A DNA stretch of 64,000 nucleotides from Candidatus Kapaibacterium sp. (GTDB taxonomy: Bacteria; Bacteroidota; Ignavibacteria; Kapaibacteriales; UBA2268), in NCBI GenBank assembly GCA_963664875.1, contig OY761611.1, forward strand, positions 2,080,001 to 2,144,000, written 5' to 3'. Positions 51,633 to 59,399 of this stretch are shown piece by piece. Below the pieces are notes generated by a model. That model saw nothing but the letters and a program-made list of their open reading frames with translations, was not told where the DNA came from and searched no databases. The translations under genes were made by a program, and so were the position numbers. Position 1 is the stretch's first letter, and the number at the start of each line of letters is the position of its first letter.

Positions 51633-51751
51633 TCTCCAAAATTTTACAAATGGAGTATCAAGTAGCGGACTTTTTTTGCTTAAAAGCCGTATCCTTTTGC
51701 CACCGTGGCTACCTTGCTCGGTTGGCACACTACTTAAAGTGTTCTTGATAC
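51633..51751 (-). ncRNA. SAM-I/IV-like riboswitch, copy 2
   Basis: Minus strand GTATC AAGA ACAC..GTGT GCC-AA-CCG..CGG-T-GGC AAAAG GATAC G GCT..AGC, tail TACTT complementary to the L3 loop, CTCCA/TGGAG anti-SD hairpin. Confidence 0.72.
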
Positions 51752-51874
51752 TATTTCTAAATAATACGTCAAAAATTGTAATTCGTTACAATTTAATCTA
51801 CCGAAATAAGCACAACATCTCATCACTTTGTTAAAAGTGTTCACAAAGAAAAAATAAAATTTATCAAAATCGTT

Positions 51875-53107
51875 TTATCTATCCTCCAAATATTTTTTAT
51901 GAGCAGCTACAACGTCTTCTGTTGTACTTCTTATGTATTTTTGTAATGACTTAATTGATTTATGACCAGACAGTCTGCAAACAGTAGATAGTGGAACGTT
52001 TTCATGTATCAACCAAGTAATAAATGTCCTTCTTGCAGTATGACTTGAAGCAGCTTCATATTTCGGTATCCTTTTTTCAACACGTTCCTTGCCTCTGAAA
52101 GAAGTGAGTATTATATCTTGATTTATCTCTGCCATTTTGCAAATTTCTTTAATCTTCCTATTGTAAACTTGACTACATTCTTTTGGTAATTGATAATTAT
52201 ATTTTTCAAGCATTTCTTTTGATATTTCATTATATGCGACAGTGACAGTTGTTGTTGTCTTTAGCATCTTAAAAGTAAGAGTTTGTTGACTCTTGTCAAA
52301 ATTTTCTGGTTTAAGATTAAACAAATCACTTACTCTTACTCCAGTATCAATTTGAAAGAGAAATAAATCTCTGTATTTTAAAATACCATCATCTAAATTA
52401 ATGAGATTTCTTATCCGATTTACTTCTACTATAGTTAGATAGATTGAATCTACTTCCTTCTGTATAACTTTCAATCCTTTTTTGTAAGCTACGGATGTAT
52501 GCCATTGTTGCTCATACGCATATCCCATAAATGTCTTTACTATTTTAACAACCTTACCAATAGAATTATCAGATAGATTATTTTGAATTAAAAATGTCGA
52601 AAATTTGCCTGCGAACACATCACCAACAGTAAAAAATTCTAATTGGTAATTTTCTTTTTTTACAAAGTTTTTTAAATGATTATAAGTAGATAAATAGCTG
52701 TCGATAGTTGATTTTTTTATCTGATTGCCATTACTCAATCTTATACCTGTTTTGGATCTCTCTATAAATTCTCTGAAATAGTCAAAAAATGTTTCTAAAG
52801 ATTTTGATGGATTGATTGTTCTTTCCAACTCATTTTTAAAATCTTCTTTTAGAAGAGGCAACATATGGCTAATTTTATTATTGTAAAATGTTACCATATG
52901 TGATTCGATTGTATGGAGAAAAGAATTTAGGTTTGTTGTATTTGTTGCACTACTTTTGAATCTCTTTTTCTTCTTATCCCAAAGTCTTTCGGAAAACTGT
53001 ATTCCTGTGTTTTTTTTGATTCTTGTTTTATTGAAATAGAGTTCGCAATACAGATAAACTTTATCTTTGCTTCGATGAGGATAAAATTTTACACTGATTC
53101 CTGCCAT
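51875..53107 (-). CDS. Tyrosine integrase (arm-binding + SAM-like + catalytic domains)
   Basis: TGVRVSD, SHTARRTF and SGH..KYI; lies next to the att repeat. Confidence 0.93.
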   Translation of the reverse strand: MAGISVKFYPHRSKDKVYLYCELYFNKTRIKKNTGIQFSERLWDKKKKRFKSSATNTTNLNSFLHTIESHMVTFYNNKISHMLPLLKEDFKNELERTINPSKSLETFFDYFREFIERSKTGIRLSNGNQIKKSTIDSYLSTYNHLKNFVKKENYQLEFFTVGDVFAGKFSTFLIQNNLSDNSIGKVVKIVKTFMGYAYEQQWHTSVAYKKGLKVIQKEVDSIYLTIVEVNRIRNLINLDDGILKYRDLFLFQIDTGVRVSDLFNLKPENFDKSQQTLTFKMLKTTTTVTVAYNEISKEMLEKYNYQLPKECSQVYNRKIKEICKMAEINQDIILTSFRGKERVEKRIPKYEAASSHTARRTFITWLIHENVPLSTVCRLSGHKSIKSLQKYIRSTTEDVVAAHKKYLEDR

Positions 53108-53447
53108 ATTTAATTCCTTGTTTTATTAGTTGGGACGTATGTTGGGGCAAAAAGGTGCAATATAATGAAATATTATGCAATGTTGTTTTTGTCTATGGGG
53201 ATTAAAATCTACGTAAATTACTTAAAATCAAAGTATATGCCAATCAGTAGATTTCAGTGCAATTTATTGTGTTAGTCCGTCCCCGACCACAAGGCAAAGC
53301 TCTAAATTGCTATTTTGCAAGGAGTTGAAAAGGTTTGAAAATGGTGTTATGACACATGTTATGACACCTGTTTCTTTTTTATACCTTCTGTGCTTATAAA
53401 ATACATTCAAAATCTTTGTATATCTTCCCTATTACCAACCTCAAAAT

Positions 53448-53690
53448 TCAATTGCGTTTGCAATATCCCCACGCCTGATAAACGTTTTCTCTTCCAGATC
53501 TCTCAAAACTGATAATAAGCTGCTGCTCTGATAGTAATTCAATATCTCTCTGCAAACTTCTCTTCGACACATCATCACCTTCGCAACTTAATTCGAACAG
53601 TAAATCTGAAATTGTTAACTGCCTACCTTTCATAAATTGCTTTAATATGTACACAGTTCTTTCTGCACGTCTCATAACAGCCATAAACAC
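53448..53690 (-). CDS. Small winged-HTH protein, paralog of 51388-51624
   Basis: Shared ILK.F.KG..LT..GDDV..RS..RD...L.E.QL..SFE..GRE.V..AWGY.K. Confidence 0.78.
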   Translation of the reverse strand: MFMAVMRRAERTVYILKQFMKGRQLTISDLLFELSCEGDDVSKRSLQRDIELLSEQQLIISFERSGRENVYQAWGYCKRN

Positions 53691-53830
53691 CTCCTATAGA
53701 TAATACGGACGTAAATTCGTGCAGTTACAATGTAATTATTCCAACGTCAATTATTGACGATGTATAATTAGCAGGAGATGTTATAGTTTTTCTATATAAT
53801 AAGATAAGAAAATGTATAAATTTAATACAA

Positions 53831-54790
53831 TTACTCTATAGCAATGTAGTTTAACAAGGTTTGATAGAGTTGGTCTTCAAACTTCTTTAGTAGTTCATCA
53901 TCATAATCATGTACTACAAAACCGTTATTTAACTTTGATTCCAATTGTTTTGGTCTATAAGTTTTAAATTTTGCTTTATGTGGTTTTAGTGTTTGTTGTA
54001 GTTTTTTCAAGCCACCTATTTGTTCTACTCCTATCTCAAATATAGCTGATATAACATCAGAGTTAGTTAGTTGTGTTGCTTTTGAAAAATCTAAATAGGT
54101 TGCAATAGATTGTTTCGGTATTGTGCAATAACTTTCTAAAATTAAATCAAGCATCTTATTCCATATATCCATACTGCATAAATTATACAGTGTAATATTT
54201 TGACCTAAAAAATTACTAACTTGCTTTAAATTTGTAAATTTAATCTAGTAACGTAAAATATTTTGGTTTAGGTTTGATTCTTTGGACTTATCGTATATAA
54301 CTATTGTATAATCCTTTCCTTTATAATAGATAGTATTGCTAAAGTTTCCATAAACAAAATCATCAAAATCTTTTTTTACGAAGACATTTTCAAGGTAATC
54401 ATTTACAGGTCTATCCAATGGTATATTAATTCCAAATTCAGCACTATATACTTCAATTTCATTCATGCCTACATCAAGAATTTTGGTTAGATAGTCAACA
54501 GCTTTTTCAACTAAATCGAATGTAAAACAACTTGAATTCTGATTTAGTAAAAATTTTTGCAACGAAAATTCAAAAGACAATACCTCATTTTGATTGAATT
54601 TAAACTTCAAATCATTGTAACTATAATAGCACCATATTTTGTCGTTGATTAAGTTTTTTTGAGCGGTTATTAGCTTCATGTGTTCAGACAATTGTCTTGA
54701 ATCATACCCCTGAATTCTACAACTTATTTTGTCAATCACTACTACACCATAGTTGTTTTTAACATATGGTATATAGTTGAACAAGTACAC
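53831..54790 (-). pseudogene. Phage/plasmid replication-initiator-like gene split by one amber codon
   Basis: SLQKF, EFGINI, IYDKSKE, NILRY*IKF; the frame after TAG (54245-54247) runs directly into ORF 53831-54172. Confidence 0.7.
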
Positions 54791-55158
54791 CCTAAATATA
54801 CTGTATAGGGTGGTATTGTGTGATATCTAATGCTGAGATATATAGTATATAACAAGAGGAATTGATAATGACTATAGCACTTACAAGCTGTCGGGTCGAC
54901 AGGATGTATCTAAATACAGTGTGGATTGCAACAAAACGATTCGGTGTTAAACAGGTAACTATACCTTGGTGGTGGCGTTACAGTGCAAAAGGAAGGCAAA
55001 TTATAAAAAGGGCTTCGCTGTTACCAACATCTATTGTTGAAGAATATAAAAGTGGTGATGAAGCGGATACAATCTATGTTAAATTTCTGCTGTAAAAATA
55101 GAAATGTTAGTTACTATACTGTCGTGATGGAGATTAAAGCTTTACTCTCTTAGTATAG

Positions 55159-55962
55159 TTATACAGAATATTTTATACTGAACTCCTTATAATACTTGGA
55201 TAGGGGTGAATCACTTGGAAGCATTTTTAGTATATCCTCCCAATGAATTGGCTTAAGATGGGATTTATATTCATCTTTTAAAACATTTTTTGAAAATACA
55301 GATTCGACCTCTTGTGCAACAGCCAAATTTGCTTTTGGATATAAGAAGATTACATAACTATTTTCATCTATATGGATTAAATTTCTAAAAATCTGATATC
55401 TTTGCAAGAACGTCTGACTGTTTGCATATTTGGGAGAAATTACACTCAGGTGGTGTTGGTAAATGTCTTCGTATTTCTTCAAATGCTCACTATCATTAGT
55501 GGCTTTTCCAAATCCATTTTCGGTATATTTGATTCCAAAATAGAATTTCTTTTCGTTTTCAGTTTTGAAATAGAAATCAAAGTTGGTCGGACGATGTCCA
55601 TTCTTGCTATCAATCTGTGAAGTTTTCTCAAATTCTATTGAATTATAATCAATGACTTCATCATCGATTTTTAAATATTCTAATATCAGGGAGAGTGTCC
55701 TTTCTGCAATTAGTGGGAAGAAGAAATTAATACACATTGCTTGTGATGAATTGAGATGATGGAAATAAATATGTTTCTTGATTCCAGCAAATCTACTTTG
55801 AAAAAACTTATCACGATAATCTTTTATCAAGTTAAAAGCACTATCTTCAACTTTTAAAATATGTGAATATGGAATACCCTTCCAAGTTCCTTCTGATACA
55901 TTAGGATACTTTGATTCTTTATAGCTGATTAGGCCTTGCTTTGCTTTTTTAGAATAACTCAT
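55159..55962 (-). CDS. PGN_0703-like PD-(D/E)XK putative restriction endonuclease
   Basis: HLNSSQAMCINFF, FE, TNFD, (G)IKYTE and YQIFRN. Confidence 0.75.
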   Translation of the reverse strand: MSYSKKAKQGLISYKESKYPNVSEGTWKGIPYSHILKVEDSAFNLIKDYRDKFFQSRFAGIKKHIYFHHLNSSQAMCINFFFPLIAERTLSLILEYLKIDDEVIDYNSIEFEKTSQIDSKNGHRPTNFDFYFKTENEKKFYFGIKYTENGFGKATNDSEHLKKYEDIYQHHLSVISPKYANSQTFLQRYQIFRNLIHIDENSYVIFLYPKANLAVAQEVESVFSKNVLKDEYKSHLKPIHWEDILKMLPSDSPLSKYYKEFSIKYSV

Positions 55963-55974
55963 AAAGGTTCCCGT

Positions 55975-57234
55975 TTACTTTTTCTTTTTGATAATCTTTT
56001 TCAATATAGGGCTATATTCTAAATTTACAATCTCTTCTGTGCGAATATAGCTAATAGCTTGTCTGATGATTTCCAAAGGAACAAGGAACCATTCATTTGC
56101 TTTTCGAACTACACCTTTTGAATCTGTAACTTCAATATCCACTTGTGCAGACCTGAAAAAATCTTGAATCAATTTTTCGTATTTGTGGGCCTCAGCATTA
56201 TATATTTTGTAAGTATCTACTATTTTAACTGGAGCCATCAAATATGTTGTTGATTTCTCTGCATTTTTGATTCTCTCTTCAACGGGAGTTGTACAAAATC
56301 CAACCTTGTGTAAATCCCTTTCGTATTTTATTTTTGGTTGATTGCTTAGAGATTTAAGAATATATAAATATCCTGTAGGTTTGTCATCTTTTGTTATATC
56401 CGTTAGAGATGCTACTGCACTTATAATAGATTCTTCACTATTATCAGTTAAAACTTTGCCGTTGGCATATAGTATTTTAGCAACAGATCTATATAACATA
56501 TTTGATTCTGTTCCATTTTCAAAGATGCATCTTGTTCGCCCATCTTTTCTAATTCGTTTACCACTTTTAAAAGTTTGTTCTTCTTGTGTTATGTTGATTT
56601 TTTCTAAATAAAAGACAACACCATTATGTAAATAATAAGCTCCTTCTCTGAGGTTGTCTTCTTTAAAATCTATAAATTTCCTTGTTCCTTCTCTCAATTC
56701 TCTGTGTACAGTTTTGAATAAATGTTCGTAGTTGTGAAAATCTTTGCAAGGTTTTCTTTTAGCTACAAAATCTGAAGCGGCTCTTTCTGTTTCTTTTGGA
56801 ATATGCTTATATGTAAAAAGATCTGGCTCATCATCTTCAAACAGATTAAACTCATCATCATTCAAAATATCATCGATAGATTCTACTTGTTTCTTTTGTT
56901 TTGGTTGATACTTTGTTTGAGGTTCAGACACAAAATCCTTCGCAATTGATGGTAATAAGTCATAAACATCATGTTCCTTGAGTTGTTGTATTTTATTAGC
57001 ATCCGACTTTAAACCGTCTAATCTCCAGCATAAGCTGGCTTCGGTCATGTTGTCCGAATCAGATTTTGGTTCTCGGCCATTTTTCTTATAGAAAGAGTTG
57101 ATTTCCATAAATGAACTTAAGAGTCTGTCATCACTGCTAACTTTTTGTGTTTCTTCCTTCTTATCGTCTATTAAGTCAAACTCCGAGTCTGCCAAAACCT
57201 CATCTATAGATTTATATTTTTTACGCATTTCCAT
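55975..57234 (-). CDS. T5orf172/GIY-YIG domain protein (YeeC-like)
   Basis: DGRTRCIFENGTESNMLYRS; TGYLYILKS..KVGF..VEERIKNA..TYLMAPV..EWFLVPL. Confidence 0.85.
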   Translation of the reverse strand: MEMRKKYKSIDEVLADSEFDLIDDKKEETQKVSSDDRLLSSFMEINSFYKKNGREPKSDSDNMTEASLCWRLDGLKSDANKIQQLKEHDVYDLLPSIAKDFVSEPQTKYQPKQKKQVESIDDILNDDEFNLFEDDEPDLFTYKHIPKETERAASDFVAKRKPCKDFHNYEHLFKTVHRELREGTRKFIDFKEDNLREGAYYLHNGVVFYLEKINITQEEQTFKSGKRIRKDGRTRCIFENGTESNMLYRSVAKILYANGKVLTDNSEESIISAVASLTDITKDDKPTGYLYILKSLSNQPKIKYERDLHKVGFCTTPVEERIKNAEKSTTYLMAPVKIVDTYKIYNAEAHKYEKLIQDFFRSAQVDIEVTDSKGVVRKANEWFLVPLEIIRQAISYIRTEEIVNLEYSPILKKIIKKKK

Positions 57235-59152
57235 TAGCTTTTCTTTTTCTTTTTTCGTTATTCAAAAATATTATTGCTTCAGCCATCCTACGTTCTTGAG
57301 GATTTGTAGATTCGATATCAGGTTTTTTATTATACTGTTTTATAAATTCCTTTATTTTAGGAAATAGCAGTATGGCTTCTTCTTCAGTCATTTTGATATG
57401 AATGCCATCTATTGTGTCTTTAATTACTTTTAAAACCTTAGATGTTACCGATTTTGATAATACTTCAAACGCTCTTTGGAATGGGTTTACCTGATCTATC
57501 AAGTCAATATGCAAATCATCAATATCTACAAAGCGTCCTGCCATATTTACAAAGCGTTTATCTCCTTCTTGTCTAATTGTTCCATTCTTGATTACAGAAT
57601 CTACAACAACATGTTGTCGTAATTCTTCAATTTCTTCCTCAGTGCAGTCAGGATACTTCTCTCTGATAATTTTTGGTATAATTACTGCATTCATCACTTC
57701 AGGATCTACATTACCTGGCATTGCCTTTAGCATATCCGAATTTTGCATTATAGCTGCTTTTAAATCATTCAAATCAGATTCAACGATATTTTTGACTCTT
57801 TGAGTTGAAGGCTCTTTAAATCCTTTTATCTTGATTTCTCCCTCTTGGGGTTTGTCCTCATCTGATATTTTGGTTTTGAATTTCCAATTAGGAGCTAATA
57901 CCTGTTCCATAAGTAGAGAGGCAGTAATGGCTTTTAGCATATTATTTACTGCAACCATTACTTCTTCATTTTTAGCGTCTGGTTGGGCTATTAAGTTCGT
58001 AAACTGAGCATGGTTTTTGTTTTCGCTATCTCTTGTAGCTCTTCCAATAATTTGAATGATTTCAGTAAGAGAACCTCTGTATCCAACTGTCAATGCATGT
58101 TCACAAAATGGCCAATCAAATCCTTCCTTCGCCATACCTAACGCAATAATCAAATCCATATCATCTACTTTTTTGATATTTCGAAGATAATCTACGATTC
58201 TATTCCTCTCATTTGGTCTGTCATCTACCAAATCTGCTACTTTAATCTTTTTTCCGTCGGTATGTCTTTTTAATAATATCACACCAGTATTTTTATCCTG
58301 TCCTATCACATCTCCGATTTCATCTAAAATAAAATCAACTTCATTATGTTTGTCTTTGGTAGATTCACCAGAATTTACAGAAGGGATGTGTAAAATAGTT
58401 TTCTTGTCGGTATCTAACACTTCCATTATGGCTTCTGTATATTTTCCTTGATAAAAGTGATAACCGATGCCCAGTGATTTCAGAAAGTCATATCCATTGA
58501 GCTGCTCATAATAGTTATAGGTTACTTTTGTAAACTTACGTTCGTCAGCAGGCAACAAAATGGGTACACTATCGCCTCTAAAATATGAACCTGTCATAGC
58601 TACAACATGAGCGGTAGAATTCTTCGTAATCGCTCTCAGCAAATCGCCCAATCTATTACCATCATCAGCAGATACATGATGGAACTCATCTATCGCAAGC
58701 ACAGTATCGTTAAATTTTACATCTTCAATAGATTCACAAGCAAAGCGAAGAGTTGAATGTGTACAAATCAAAATCTCTTCATTGCTCTCCATGAACTCCT
58801 TAAACTTTGGTACTTTTCTACTTGCACCACCTGGTGTGCAAAGATTCCATTCATCTTTAGGAGACCAATCTTCGAAGAATCCATATTTCTTGAGTTTTGT
58901 TTTAGAAAAAGAACTGCCAATTGCACGCTCTGGTACAGCAACTATTACTTTCTTCAACCCTTGATTTCTAAGTTTATCTAACCCAAGAAACATTAATGCC
59001 CTTGATTTCCCTGATGCTGGGGGTGATTTAATAAGTAAATATTGACTGTTTCGCTTTGCGTATGCTCTTGCCTGCATTTCACGCATGCCCAATTCGTTGA
59101 TGCTTGTACTTTGGCCCGTTTGCCCGTATGATACTTCTACTATATTTGTCAT
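57221..59152 (-). CDS. SF2 DEAD/DEAH helicase (YeeB-like)
   Basis: PPASGKS, DEFHH, MTGSYFRGD and QIIGRATRD. Confidence 0.9.
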   Translation of the reverse strand: MTNIVEVSYGQTGQSTSINELGMREMQARAYAKRNSQYLLIKSPPASGKSRALMFLGLDKLRNQGLKKVIVAVPERAIGSSFSKTKLKKYGFFEDWSPKDEWNLCTPGGASRKVPKFKEFMESNEEILICTHSTLRFACESIEDVKFNDTVLAIDEFHHVSADDGNRLGDLLRAITKNSTAHVVAMTGSYFRGDSVPILLPADERKFTKVTYNYYEQLNGYDFLKSLGIGYHFYQGKYTEAIMEVLDTDKKTILHIPSVNSGESTKDKHNEVDFILDEIGDVIGQDKNTGVILLKRHTDGKKIKVADLVDDRPNERNRIVDYLRNIKKVDDMDLIIALGMAKEGFDWPFCEHALTVGYRGSLTEIIQIIGRATRDSENKNHAQFTNLIAQPDAKNEEVMVAVNNMLKAITASLLMEQVLAPNWKFKTKISDEDKPQEGEIKIKGFKEPSTQRVKNIVESDLNDLKAAIMQNSDMLKAMPGNVDPEVMNAVIIPKIIREKYPDCTEEEIEELRQHVVVDSVIKNGTIRQEGDKRFVNMAGRFVDIDDLHIDLIDQVNPFQRAFEVLSKSVTSKVLKVIKDTIDGIHIKMTEEEAILLFPKIKEFIKQYNKKPDIESTNPQERRMAEAIIFLNNEKRKRKANGNA

Positions 59153-59399
59153 TGTATTTCTTTCTTTGTTTACATGAAGGTTTTGTTTTCGAATAAACCA
59201 CAATTTTAATAATTCTATTATTTCCTATATACCATGAGCTTACAAGATATTTAGGCTCGTTTTGGTTAGTATTTCTTGTTTAGATAGTGATTATTTCTAT
59301 TTGTTCATCGTTTTCATTTAACCACTATTTTCATTTTTCTATATCTTCAATCTGAGAAAATGTATATTTACAGCATAAAGCATGATGTTGTAGCTTGTT

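Noticed and set aside
53691-53830. Third riboswitch copy upstream of the second wHTH gene
   Set aside because: Only the promoter-like motif and palindromes are present; no ATCAAGA/CCAACC/GGTGG core
54245-54247. Stop-codon reassignment or pyrrolysine readthrough
   Set aside because: TAG ends several intact genes in the window (e.g. hsdM, hsdR); a single nonsense change is simpler
54862-55095. 77-aa plus-strand ORF
   Set aside because: Has an SD-like sequence but no recognisable motif; cannot be supported as a gene
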